Virus record (IMG/VR): IMGVR_UViG_3300010052_000223
Location: 1-52,485 of that record
DNA from: a virus
Taxonomy: Duplodnaviria; Caudoviricetes
DNA: 52,485 bases
Strand: one strand, 5' to 3'
Shown here one piece after another: positions 27,432-36,248 of this stretch. The translations under genes were made by a program, and so were the position numbers. The notes under the pieces are model-generated. The model was not told where the DNA came from and ran no database searches. It was given only the letters and a program-made list of their open reading frames with translations. The stretch's first letter is position 1, and every line of letters starts with the position of its first letter.

Positions 27432-28837
27432 GCCCCCCGCTCCTCGTCTTCGATGTGGTCGTACTCGGCGAAGAATCGCTGCTTGTCGGTGCCCTCGGGG
27501 CCGCCCCGCTGCTTGCCGCAGATCACGTCCAGCTGCCGGCGCACTTCCTCGCAGCGGACCTCCCAGTCCAGGTGCTTGGGGCCCGGCGGCGGCTCGGCCT
27601 TTTGGAGGTAGTAGAACTCGCGGTAGGGGAAGAGCACGACGTCGGCGTCCTGCTCGATGCTCCCCGACTCCCGAAGGTCGGCCAAGTGCGGCCGCTTGTC
27701 GTCGCGGCTCTCGACCTGGCGCGATAACTGAGAGAGCAAGATCAGGGTGATCCCAGCCCGCCTGGCCAGCAGCTTCAGGCGCATCGTCATCTCGGCCAGG
27801 ACGGAGGCCTCGTTGCGGCCGTTGGCCTTGGGTCGCCGCATGAGCTGCAGGTAGTCGATCGCGACGGCGCCGATCTTCCCGCGGCGGCTGAGGGCCCAGA
27901 CCTTCCGCTCGACGTCCTCGACGCTGAGGCCGGCGCAGTCGTCCAGGATGAGGTTCGGCGGCACGCGCCGGCGGGCCTCCTCGATGTTCATGAAATCGAG
28001 CGGCGTCAGAGACCCCGACGACATCGCGCGGTACTCGACACCCTCACCGTCGCCCAGCTGGTAGGTCAGGGACGACAGCTCGCGCTGCATCATCTCCTCG
28101 GGGCCCATCTCCAGGCCGAGGAAGAGGAACAGGTGGCCAGGATTGCGCTCGGCGGCTCCATGGACGATCCCGCGCGCCAGGGAGGTCTTCCCCATCCCCG
28201 GCCGGCCGCCGATGACGATCTTCGCGCCCTGTTTCAGGCCGTTCAGGCGCCGGTCGATGCAGCGCAGGCCGGTCATCAGACCGCGGGGCCGGCCGTGGGC
28301 GGCGGCCTCGCGCATCTTGGCCACAGCCTCCTCGGCGGCCTTGGGTGCGTCGATCATCGACGCCTCGCCAGGGGCAGCGTCGAGTTCGACCAGTTCGAGC
28401 TCGCGGCGGAGGTTGGCGGCGACCTCGAAGGCGGCGATGTCCGAGGCCTCCCTGGCAGTCTTTAGTCCCACCTCGCAGACCTGCATGATCTCGCGCCGAA
28501 GGGCCTGGTCGAACACCTCGCGGGCATAGTCCGCCGCGCTGGCCGCAGGCGGGGCCCGGTCGACCAGATCCGCGAGGTACGCCAGCCCACCGAGCTCGGC
28601 AAAAGCAGGGTCCTTGGACATCCGGCCGGCGAGGATGATCGGCTCGGCCATCTTGCCGGCGGCGGCCTCGGAGGTGATCGCTTCGAAGAGCCGCTGATGG
28701 AAGGGCTCGAAAAAGTGGGCGGCCTTCACCGTCCCGTTGATCAGGCCGAGGGCGGTGTTGTCATAGAGGATCGACCCCAGCAGCGCCTGCTCGGCCTCGA
28801 TGTTGATCGGGACGTCGACCACGGTCTCGGCGCTCAC
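27428..28837 (-). CDS. dnaB: Replicative DNA helicase, DnaB family
   Basis: NIEAEQALLGSIL, GRPGMGKT, IDYLQLM, LSQLSR and DLRESGSIEQDADVV motifs. Confidence 0.95.
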   Translation of the reverse strand: MSAETVVDVPINIEAEQALLGSILYDNTALGLINGTVKAAHFFEPFHQRLFEAITSEAAAGKMAEPIILAGRMSKDPAFAELGGLAYLADLVDRAPPAASAADYAREVFDQALRREIMQVCEVGLKTAREASDIAAFEVAANLRRELELVELDAAPGEASMIDAPKAAEEAVAKMREAAAHGRPRGLMTGLRCIDRRLNGLKQGAKIVIGGRPGMGKTSLARGIVHGAAERNPGHLFLFLGLEMGPEEMMQRELSSLTYQLGDGEGVEYRAMSSGSLTPLDFMNIEEARRRVPPNLILDDCAGLSVEDVERKVWALSRRGKIGAVAIDYLQLMRRPKANGRNEASVLAEMTMRLKLLARRAGITLILLSQLSRQVESRDDKRPHLADLRESGSIEQDADVVLFPYREFYYLQKAEPPPGPKHLDWEVRCEEVRRQLDVICGKQRGGPEGTDKQRFFAEYDHIEDEERGA

Positions 28838-29043
28838 TTCACGCCTCCGACCATCTCGTCGCCAAACGCGTAGGCCGACATCGCCGCGAACTCGGGGCCG
28901 GCCTCATGGAGCAGAGCCACCAGCCAAGCGCGGGCCATGATACGGCAGGCGTCGATGCGCTCGGCCGGGTCGAGGTCCTGTAGGTCGTGACGGACGGCCT
29001 TGTCGGCCAGGGCGCGCAACTGGGTGGGGGTGGGTTTGGTCAT
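28834..29043 (-). CDS. Hypothetical protein, 69 aa
   Basis: 4-nt overlaps on both sides. Confidence 0.6.
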   Translation of the reverse strand: MTKPTPTQLRALADKAVRHDLQDLDPAERIDACRIMARAWLVALLHEAGPEFAAMSAYAFGDEMVGGVK

Positions 29044-30566
29044 GTGTCACCCATCATCCGAACAAGGAGAGCTGCGCCGGCGGAGCCGCGGGCAGCGAGG
29101 TCATGAGCGCCAATTCGGACCGCCAGAGCGCCTTGTGCGTCAGCAACGCCGTTTCCGAGCATTCGAAGCTCGTCAATCCGGGGGGCCATGACATCAGCCA
29201 CTCCACGAACCGCGCGTTCAACTGCCGCCTGAAAGTCGGCCGCACCCAGGCGCTCGCCCGTTCGCGCGTCCATCCACGCCGATGCACCCTGACCTGCGCC
29301 CCGCCGTGCTTTGCGGGCTTGCGAGCGGCCAGCGCGTCCCGCCGGCGGATCGCCAGCAGCAACAAGGCCCTGCGCTCCCATCTCAAGGCGCAGTCGGTCG
29401 TAGCGCGATACCGCCGGTAGCAGGCCAGGAGCGACGAGGGCGACATGTCGCCAGGCGTCGACGTCTCCGGGGCCAGGAGGCCGGAGGAAAGGGCGAGCGC
29501 CTGACCGTTCATCAGCGCTTCGTCCGCCCGGCTCCCCGACCTCGCCTTCCGGCCGCCCATCACATCCGCGACCGACGGCGTAGACCAGTTGATCCCCGCC
29601 GCCATCTCCATCGTCTTGTTGTAGGAGCGGCTGTTGCCCGGCTGGTGACTGGCCCCGAAGCTCAATGACGTTGGAGTCGGCCACGTCGTTATCTGCGCTC
29701 CGAGGTCCGTGATCGCCCCGCCGGGCTTGCGGCCCTTCCGACGAAGAAAGCTCTCTGCGTCGCCGTTGCTGGGTTGAGCCGTTGGCGTCGCCCAGGTCTT
29801 CGCAGCAGCCGGAAGACTTGGATTGCCGCCCGCGAATTTCTCCGGCGCCTTTTCCCCGTCCAACGCGTTTGGCGTCGGCCAGGCCTGCACCAACACGTTC
29901 AGGCTGGTGATCGTCTGCCGCGCGCCTCCCTTCATCCGCGCCTTCATCGCCAGATGCGCCTCGGGCCTCTTGTTGTCGTCCTGGCCAACAGGCGTCGGCC
30001 ATGAACCAGTCAGCGACGCCGAGGATGAAGACGCGAAGGCGTTCGTGCGGGAGACCCATTTGGTCCGCTCGGACGACGACGAGCGTGCACGTGTAACCAA
30101 GCTTTCGTAGGTCTCGCAGAACCCGGGCGGCGCCAGGGATTTCGTCAGCCCCCGCCGAGAGGAAGCCGCCGACGTTTTCGATGAGGACGAACCACGGCCT
30201 CGCCTGCGCGATGATCCGTCGGGCGCCGCGTGGAGCCCACAGGTCGCGCTCGTCGGTGCTGCCGCCCCGGCGCCCGGCCAGGCTATGCGGCTGGCAGGGG
30301 ATTCCGCCAATGAGGCCATCCACGCGGCCACGGAAGCGTCGGCCCGGGAAGGTTCGCACATCGCTCCAGACAGCCGCCGGAGCCATGAGACCGTTCTCAA
30401 TCTGCGCGACCAGTGAAGCGACGGCGAAGCTTTCCCTCTCCACACACAGGATTGGGCGAGCACCTGGGATCGCCAGCTCGACGGCGCGGTCCAGTCCTCC
30501 CCCTCCGGTGCAGAGGGAGATGAGGTTGAGGGGCTGGTGTTCGGGACGAAGAGCCAGGCCATTCAT
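29040..30566 (-). CDS. DNA (cytosine-5) methyltransferase, catalytic frame
   Basis: Motif I SLCTGGGG, IV GGIPCQPHS, VI IENV, VIII HERLRVFI and X LGNGV; no motif IX seen in this frame. Confidence 0.9.
   Translation of the reverse strand: MNGLALRPEHQPLNLISLCTGGGGLDRAVELAIPGARPILCVERESFAVASLVAQIENGLMAPAAVWSDVRTFPGRRFRGRVDGLIGGIPCQPHSLAGRRGGSTDERDLWAPRGARRIIAQARPWFVLIENVGGFLSAGADEIPGAARVLRDLRKLGYTCTLVVVRADQMGLPHERLRVFILGVADWFMADACWPGRQQEARGASGDEGADEGRRAADDHQPERVGAGLADAKRVGRGKGAGEIRGRQSKSSGCCEDLGDANGSTQQRRRRELSSSEGPQARRGDHGPRSADNDVADSNVIELRGQSPAGQQPLLQQDDGDGGGDQLVYAVGRGCDGRPEGEVGEPGGRSADERSGARPFLRPPGPGDVDAWRHVALVAPGLLPAVSRYDRLRLEMGAQGLVAAGDPPAGRAGRSQARKARRGAGQGASAWMDARTGERLGAADFQAAVERAVRGVADVMAPRIDELRMLGNGVADAQGALAVRIGAHDLAARGSAGAALLVRMMGDT
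29054..30562 (-). CDS. Overlapping alternative-frame partner of the C5-MTase (motif IX-like segment, W-x-T-P repeats, QLSLF tail)
   Basis: 502 codons open on the same strand; ATG 8 nt after GGAGG; LNARFVEWLMSWP; ends QLSLFG. Confidence 0.75.
   Translation of the reverse strand: MAWLFVPNTSPSTSSPSAPEGEDWTAPSSWRSQVLAQSCVWRGKASPSLHWSRRLRTVSWLRRLSGAMCEPSRADASVAAWMASLAESPASRIAWPGAGAAAPTSATCGLHAAPDGSSRRRGRGSSSSKTSAASSRRGLTKSLAPPGFCETYESLVTRARSSSSERTKWVSRTNAFASSSSASLTGSWPTPVGQDDNKRPEAHLAMKARMKGGARQTITSLNVLVQAWPTPNALDGEKAPEKFAGGNPSLPAAAKTWATPTAQPSNGDAESFLRRKGRKPGGAITDLGAQITTWPTPTSLSFGASHQPGNSRSYNKTMEMAAGINWSTPSVADVMGGRKARSGSRADEALMNGQALALSSGLLAPETSTPGDMSPSSLLACYRRYRATTDCALRWERRALLLLAIRRRDALAARKPAKHGGAQVRVHRRGWTRERASAWVRPTFRRQLNARFVEWLMSWPPGLTSFECSETALLTHKALWRSELALMTSLPAAPPAQLSLFG
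29577..30001 (-). repeat. Five degenerate in-frame repeats (TGG.CGACGCC core) encoding W-[PAS]-T-P
   Basis: Cores at 29991, 29871, 29784, 29673 and 29577; spacings of 120, 87, 111 and 96 nt are all multiples of 3. Confidence 0.7.
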
Positions 30567-31837
30567 GCGGCCTCCCCGGCGAACAGCGGACCCGCGCCGG
30601 CCGCGGCGTCGTGGCCCACGCCATCGACCCGCGCGAGTCCAGCGCGCAGCCGGCGAGCCGACAGCTCGGCGTACTCAGGGTTCAGTTCGATCAGCGTGCA
30701 GTCGAGGCCCAGGGCGTCGGCGACGAGGCCAGTGGTCCCGGCCCCGCCGAAGGGGTCCAGCACACGGCCACCTTTCGGACAGCCGGCCAGCAAGCAGCGC
30801 TCGGCCAGTTCCGGCGGGAAGGTCGCGAAGTGCGCCTCGCTGAAGGGCCGGGTGGCGACGTTCCAGACCTGGACCGGCGCAGGTTCGTAGTTGCGCAGGG
30901 AACGCGAGCCCGAGTAGTCGACGACTTCGCGATCCGGCCGAAACTGCGGCTTCTGGCCGTGCTCACCGGACGAGAGCTTGCCCTCACGGGCGAAGGAGTT
31001 CTTGAGCCGCTTGGTTGCGACGCTCTCGCCCTTCTCGCGCCCCTGCCGATGGTGCGAGCCGTGTCCGCCAGGGCCGGTGTCCCAGCCGTCGGGCACCTTG
31101 TACTCGCCGGTCGAGACCCGACCCTGCCGCACGGCCGCGGCGTCATAGTGGTAGCGCGGGGCCTTTGACAGCATGAAGATCTTCTCGTGCGAGGTCGCGG
31201 GCCTGTCCTTGATGCTCTCGGGCATGGGATTGGGCTTGGCCCAGATGATTTCCGAGCGGACCCACCAGCCGGCTTCCTGCAGGGCGATGGCGAGCCGGTT
31301 CGGGACCATGCAGAGGTCCTTGGACTTCAGGACGCCGCCGACCGTGGAGAAGGGCTTGTCGCGGAAGGTGCGGTCATCGCCGCCGGCCGCCTTTGTGTCG
31401 GCCGCGCTGCGCCCGTTCGGGCTGGTGGCGTAGCAGTCGCCATAGTTGACCCACAGCGTGCCGCTCGGCTTGAGGACGCGCTTCACCTCCTCGAACACCT
31501 CGACCATCACGGCCAGGTGCTCCCCGAGGGTCGGCTCAAGGCCGATCTGGGCGTCAACCTTCACGGCGCCGCACTTCCCGCAGGCGGCCGAATGGGCGAG
31601 GCGAAGCTGATGGCTGTTTGTCGCCGCCGATCCGGCCAGCGCCGGCCGATCTTCGTTCCGATCCGGGCGCATGGTCGGCGAGCGGTGCTCGCAAGCCGAG
31701 TCGCCGCCCTCCCACTTGCCCGTGCCGTAGTCCCGCAAGCCCCAATATGGGGGCGAGGTCACGACGCAGTCGAAGTGGTCGGACGGCAGTTCGCGCAGCT
31801 TGTCGCGCACGTCGCCGATGAGGATAGAGGCCGTCAT
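30563..31837 (-). CDS. Beta-class N4-cytosine/N6-adenine DNA methyltransferase
   Basis: VTSPPYW before HFATFP and LDPFGGAGTT. Confidence 0.92.
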   Translation of the reverse strand: MTASILIGDVRDKLRELPSDHFDCVVTSPPYWGLRDYGTGKWEGGDSACEHRSPTMRPDRNEDRPALAGSAATNSHQLRLAHSAACGKCGAVKVDAQIGLEPTLGEHLAVMVEVFEEVKRVLKPSGTLWVNYGDCYATSPNGRSAADTKAAGGDDRTFRDKPFSTVGGVLKSKDLCMVPNRLAIALQEAGWWVRSEIIWAKPNPMPESIKDRPATSHEKIFMLSKAPRYHYDAAAVRQGRVSTGEYKVPDGWDTGPGGHGSHHRQGREKGESVATKRLKNSFAREGKLSSGEHGQKPQFRPDREVVDYSGSRSLRNYEPAPVQVWNVATRPFSEAHFATFPPELAERCLLAGCPKGGRVLDPFGGAGTTGLVADALGLDCTLIELNPEYAELSARRLRAGLARVDGVGHDAAAGAGPLFAGEAA

Positions 31838-32055
31838 CCCACCCACTCCCCGCTGTCGGCCCAGCCGGCGTCACGGAGGCGCTGCAGGACACGGAGCCGC
31901 ACCGCATCGAGGCGCTCCGAGGCGTAGGCGAAGCCGCGGGCGAGACACATGCTTTCGAAGCGGCTCTCGATGCCGGCTTCTTCGAGGTGGACCGTCGAGG
32001 CCTTGCCGCGGGCAATTGCGGCGTCGGTTTCGGGACTGATGCCAAGGAGCGTCAT
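31834..32055 (-). CDS. Hypothetical protein
   Basis: Start re-set to MTLLGISP; ATGA overlaps on both sides. Confidence 0.55.
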   Translation of the reverse strand: MTLLGISPETDAAIARGKASTVHLEEAGIESRFESMCLARGFAYASERLDAVRLRVLQRLRDAGWADSGEWVG

Positions 32056-32822
32056 GCGGCCTCCCCAAAGAGATCGCACTGCATTGTCTCGGGCCGACGC
32101 AGAGCGCGGGCCTCGGCGTAGTCGACTATTGCGACCTCGACCTTGGGCGCCGCGCCGCGCCAGTCGTTCGCCCAGACGGAGCAGTCGATGCCGCAGTTCG
32201 GGTGGAGATTGATCTTGGTCCGATCACGGAACCGGACAGCCTTCTCGCTTGGCCGATCAGCCTCGAAACAGGGTCGGCCACTGTAGGCCCATGGCACCGA
32301 CCCTGCGGGCAGAATGAAGGTGCCCATGTCGGCGTAGCGCTCGGCGCGTTCCACGATTGCCAGGTCAAAATCACTATGCCCCGCCAGCCGCCCGAAGGGC
32401 GGGTTTCCGATAGCCCAATCGAAGCGGCCGATATCGAGGTCGGACAAAGCATCGGCGACGATCCACGTGGCCTCGGGCAGCAACTTCTGGCCGATCGCCG
32501 CATAGACCGGATTGATCTCGACGCAGGTTATCTGCGGAGGTGGCTCCGAGCTTTTCCAGCAACGACGCTGGTAGACGCAGTACGACAGCACGCCGATACC
32601 GGCGCAGAGGTCAAGAATGCGCTGGCCGCCGACCTCGACCTCAAACGTCCAAGCCATATCGAGTGGCGTAAAGAAGGCGCCAGCGGCGCTGTTCACGTGG
32701 TTCGCTGACTCCTGCCAGTTGTCGAAGACGAACTCGCGCTCTTTCTCTGTCAGGCGATCTTGACCAAGAAGGGCGGTTGCCTGCTGGTGAGCCTTGATCT
32801 GCGCTTTGGTGAGCTTGGCCAC
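32052..32822 (-). CDS. Gamma-class-like amino (N6-adenine) methyltransferase
   Basis: GAFFTP, LDLCAGIG, CVEIN and GNPPF in gamma order. Confidence 0.8.
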   Translation of the reverse strand: MAKLTKAQIKAHQQATALLGQDRLTEKEREFVFDNWQESANHVNSAAGAFFTPLDMAWTFEVEVGGQRILDLCAGIGVLSYCVYQRRCWKSSEPPPQITCVEINPVYAAIGQKLLPEATWIVADALSDLDIGRFDWAIGNPPFGRLAGHSDFDLAIVERAERYADMGTFILPAGSVPWAYSGRPCFEADRPSEKAVRFRDRTKINLHPNCGIDCSVWANDWRGAAPKVEVAIVDYAEARALRRPETMQCDLFGEAA

Positions 32823-33166
32823 TACGCCGTCCTCCCCTTGAACAGCGCTCGCGCCGCGGCGACGTGGTTGGCCGCCGGCGCCAGGATCACGGCTCCGTTC
32901 TCATGGGCGGCGCGACCGAGCCTGGCCTGGACGGTCTCGGGGTCATGCAGCCGACCAGCGGCGGCTGCCGTCGCATCGATCAGCGCGAGCGAGAGGTCGG
33001 CGCGTAGTTCGTCGATGCATCCGGAAAGCGCCGCCTGGACCGCATCACGGGCGCGACCTTCGAGCTCGACGTCACGGGCGCGGCGGGCGTCCTTGGTGCG
33101 GCCACGGTCTATGTGTTCTTCGACCTTGAAGCCGCGGCGGTATGGATTGATCGCGACCCGGGTCAT
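32822..33166 (-). CDS. Hypothetical protein, 114 aa
   Basis: Coupled in the operon. Confidence 0.6.
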   Translation of the reverse strand: MTRVAINPYRRGFKVEEHIDRGRTKDARRARDVELEGRARDAVQAALSGCIDELRADLSLALIDATAAAAGRLHDPETVQARLGRAAHENGAVILAPAANHVAAARALFKGRTA

Positions 33167-33714
33167 GCAGCGTAACGACGGGTCGAGCGGATCAGCTCGC
33201 TGGTTCGGGCCTTGGCGGAAGCCGCCGGCTGTTGCGGCGAAGTCGCCAATTTGCGATGCGGGACGCAGTAGCTGGGATCGTCGCCCTTAGGATCGCAGCA
33301 GGCGTGCTGAACCTCGGCGCCGGCGACATCCACGGGCCATTTGCAGCCGTTGCCGCGTTCTGTCCAAGGCCGCGGCGTCGAGCCAGGAAGGGGCCGCCAG
33401 GCGCGCGAAGGAATGACCACAAGCGGCGCTCGCGGGGCAGGCGCATCGTGCACCGCGCCGTTGCCGGCGACGATGACAGGCTTACGAATTTTCGGCGCTC
33501 GCACCTTCATATCGCCAAGGCGCAGGTTGGCCTTGGGGTGTCGATCGCCAGGATCAGACGGCTGGTCTCGCGAGCTAAGCCCCAGCCGATGAAGCTTGCC
33601 GATGACGCCGTTGCGGCTGACATCGCCCAATTCCTTCGCGATCTGGCCGGCCGACCAGCCGTCCATCCAGAGTTTCTTTGCGCGCTCGACGCGCTCGTCA
33701 GTCCAACCGGTCAT
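33163..33714 (-). CDS. gcrA: GcrA-family cell-cycle regulator homologue
   Basis: WTDERVERAKKLWMDGWSAGQIAKELGDVSRNGVIGKLHRLGL and C-terminal CKWP...YCVPH. Confidence 0.88.
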   Translation of the reverse strand: MTGWTDERVERAKKLWMDGWSAGQIAKELGDVSRNGVIGKLHRLGLSSRDQPSDPGDRHPKANLRLGDMKVRAPKIRKPVIVAGNGAVHDAPAPRAPLVVIPSRAWRPLPGSTPRPWTERGNGCKWPVDVAGAEVQHACCDPKGDDPSYCVPHRKLATSPQQPAASAKARTSELIRSTRRYAA

Positions 33715-34169
33715 GCGCATGCGCTCCCGAGGCGGCGCCAGGCCGCGATGTCTTCGTTTGTGGATGGGTCGGCGCCGGCGAGGATCGCCGAAGCGCGTTG
33801 CTCGCCGTGCTGCCACTGCAGCCGTCGAATGGTTGCGGCGTCGTAGGTCGGCTTCGCCTTCGTAGGCTGCGGGGAGCGCTCAGCGTTCCGTCGCGGTGCA
33901 GCCCGTTTGGGCGGCTTGGCGCGCTCAAGCGCCCGCTGGACCATTCCGAAGCCGCAACCCCAGGCCCAGGCCAGTTCCGTCGCGGTGCAGCCCGTTTGGG
34001 CGGCGATCTTCCGGATCGCGGCTCGGCGTGCGACTTCGATAGCGTGTCCGCGCTTGGACCCAAGCAGGTCCGTCAGATCGACATGGCGACGGCGGGCCAC
34101 TCGTGCGGCGATGCGTTCGACGTCACGACGCAGTTGGCGCCGACGCTCGGACTGAGGCGCGTTGCTCAT
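33711..34169 (-). CDS. DnaA C-terminal-like HTH protein
   Basis: VARRRHVDLTDLLGSKRGHAIEVARRAAI pattern. Confidence 0.55.
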   Translation of the reverse strand: MSNAPQSERRRQLRRDVERIAARVARRRHVDLTDLLGSKRGHAIEVARRAAIRKIAAQTGCTATELAWAWGCGFGMVQRALERAKPPKRAAPRRNAERSPQPTKAKPTYDAATIRRLQWQHGEQRASAILAGADPSTNEDIAAWRRLGSACA

Positions 34170-34636
34170 GCCGCGCGCTCCTGAGGAGCGAAGGCTTCGA
34201 TGCGAACGTCTATGCCCGGCCTAGTGCTGTAGACTTTGGTCTGGAAGCCGCGTGCGATTTGGGCGTCATCGACCCAGACGATCTTGTTGAGCGCGTCGTA
34301 GACCGCCTTGGTGAGGTTGTCCTTGTCGGGCTTGATAATGTGCGCGCACTCTCCTGCGGCCTTGGCCTCGCGGAGCCACTTGGGGTCGCTTTTCGGGATC
34401 GGCATCCTGAAGCGAAGGGAGACCGACAACGCGCCGTGGAACGGATCACGGCCAACCATGGCGGCTCGCGCGATCTTCCTGATGCTGTCCTGGTACTTGC
34501 GCATCGGAGTCGGCGTGTAGGTCTGAACAAACAGACTGCCTTCCTTGCCGGCGATGCGATGTCCCGCGCGCGACCAGCCCTTCGGCGTGCCATTGAGCGC
34601 AAGGGTCAGGATGTTGTCGGCCTCCCACGCCATCAT
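34166..34636 (-). CDS. rusA: RusA-family Holliday junction resolvase
   Basis: KPDKDNLTKAVYDALNKIVWVDDAQI. Confidence 0.9.
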   Translation of the reverse strand: MMAWEADNILTLALNGTPKGWSRAGHRIAGKEGSLFVQTYTPTPMRKYQDSIRKIARAAMVGRDPFHGALSVSLRFRMPIPKSDPKWLREAKAAGECAHIIKPDKDNLTKAVYDALNKIVWVDDAQIARGFQTKVYSTRPGIDVRIEAFAPQERAA

Positions 34637-35319
34637 GCGGCCTCGTCGAACGAGGTTTCATTGCTGGTCGGGTTCGCCCAACCCGAGGCCTTCAACTTGC
34701 GAGCCTCGTCGTCCAGCGCGTCTTCGACATCGACTTGCTCGAGGTCATCGTCTTCATCGTCGCCGTCGGTCAGTTCGCCGCCGGCTTGCTTCAGTTTGGC
34801 CAGGATGCCGTCGGCCTTTTTGAGTTGCATGAACAACTCCTTCTGACCTTCGTGCCAGCCGGCGAGCCAGTCTTGATGCAGGACGCCAGCGATTTCCTTG
34901 GGCGGGACGGGATCATCGCCGTTTCGACCGGCGCGAAGACCCGCGGCGCGTGCCGCAGCTTGGTCGTCCACCGTGTCGCCCGTGGTCGGGAAAAGCTCTT
35001 GCTGGGCGCCGATCGGCAGTCCGTTGCGCTGGTAGCGGGCCGAGAGCTTTGCCCAGTACGACATGAATTCGGCGGGGGTCATCGCCTGCTTGGCCAGCAG
35101 GTCTTCGAAGTCCTTGCGGCTGGTCTTCAGGTCCTGCTTCACGCCCGCGAATAGGCTGTTCACCGCCTCGCGCTTAGCCTTGACGACCGACGCAGCGACC
35201 TCGACTTCAGCGATCCCGGCTTTGATCTTCTGGGCGTAGTAGGCCTCCAGGGCAGCGACCTCTTCGTCGTCGAGAACGACGTTATGGCCAGGACCAGGAG
35301 TATGCTTCGAGCGACCCAT
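34633..35319 (-). CDS. Hypothetical protein, GapR/DUF2312-like N-terminal half
   Basis: GHN followed by a long helical segment ending LPIGAQQELF; WLAGWHEGQ motif; AAGGAGG RBS. Confidence 0.5.
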   Translation of the reverse strand: MGRSKHTPGPGHNVVLDDEEVAALEAYYAQKIKAGIAEVEVAASVVKAKREAVNSLFAGVKQDLKTSRKDFEDLLAKQAMTPAEFMSYWAKLSARYQRNGLPIGAQQELFPTTGDTVDDQAAARAAGLRAGRNGDDPVPPKEIAGVLHQDWLAGWHEGQKELFMQLKKADGILAKLKQAGGELTDGDDEDDDLEQVDVEDALDDEARKLKASGWANPTSNETSFDEAA

Positions 35320-35371
35320 GTCGCCCTCCTTCGCGTCTGGCCGGACTTCACCGCCCCGGCCGGGTGGCGGT

Positions 35372-35791
35372 TCAGCCCGCGTCGCGGTTGATGAGGTGGC
35401 CGACCTGCCGAAGCTCGTCCTCGGCGTTGCGGTGGAACTTCGCGAGCGCGTCCCGCTCGTTCGGCGTCAGTTCGCCGTCCTGCGTGGCGAGACGGATCTG
35501 GCCCATCATCAGGGCAGTGGCCTCGACCGCCTCGCAGGCTTCATCACGAAGGCTCGCGGCGGCCACTACGGCCTGGTGCTGTTCAAACAGCGCGCGCGAA
35601 TAGATCGGCTTGCCGCAATACGCCTCGAGGTAGGCGATGACGTGCGCCGGCATGAAGGCGCCGACGTTCGGGTTCTGGTAGTTCGACAGGCTCGACCGAC
35701 CGACCGGGCAATCGCCGGCCGCGGCCTCGTCGATCCCCCCGCATTCCTGGATCAGCGCGCGGGCCCAGCGGGCATGCTCACGAGGCGTCAT
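35372..35791 (-). CDS. CII-like regulatory protein
   Basis: Start re-set to MTPREHAR (GGGAGGG RBS); CGGIDEAA...SSLSNYQNP...MPAHVIAYLE; downstream of cro. Confidence 0.65.
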   Translation of the reverse strand: MTPREHARWARALIQECGGIDEAAAGDCPVGRSSLSNYQNPNVGAFMPAHVIAYLEAYCGKPIYSRALFEQHQAVVAAASLRDEACEAVEATALMMGQIRLATQDGELTPNERDALAKFHRNAEDELRQVGHLINRDAG

Positions 35792-36248
35792 GGACCGCCC
35801 TCCCCTTTGTCCAGATGACGGAAGCTGCACGGGCGCCGATGGTCCCCGCCGAAAGGAGCGGCTGATGGACCGGCTCACCAACGCCTTGATCACCGCTGCA
35901 GCGCTCGCGGGTCGCTATCGCGCGGAGGCCAGAGACAACCCGGGTGCTCGGCCGGGCTGGCAGCGCATGGCCGACCGCTGGAGCGCGGTCGTCGCGCAAT
36001 TGGCCGGCGATTTGGTGGAGGCGGCTGGGTGTCAAACTCAGGGAGTCCAGCCGCCTCCGATCCCCGGCCACAATGCGCGGCATGGCCGAAGCTGAACGGG
36101 TGGCGCCGGCTGACACGATGGACTCGTTTGGGCCGGCGCCGCGGCGAGCGCGCAGGACGGAGACGCCTGCACCCTGGGGAAGGAACTGCTCGCCGAAATG
36201 GTGGTGTTTGCTCGACAGGTACGAGGGAGCGCGCAATGGTTGCGCTTG

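Noticed and set aside
29040-32822. Restriction-modification system
   Set aside because: No cognate restriction endonuclease next to the MTases; they look like orphan phage enzymes
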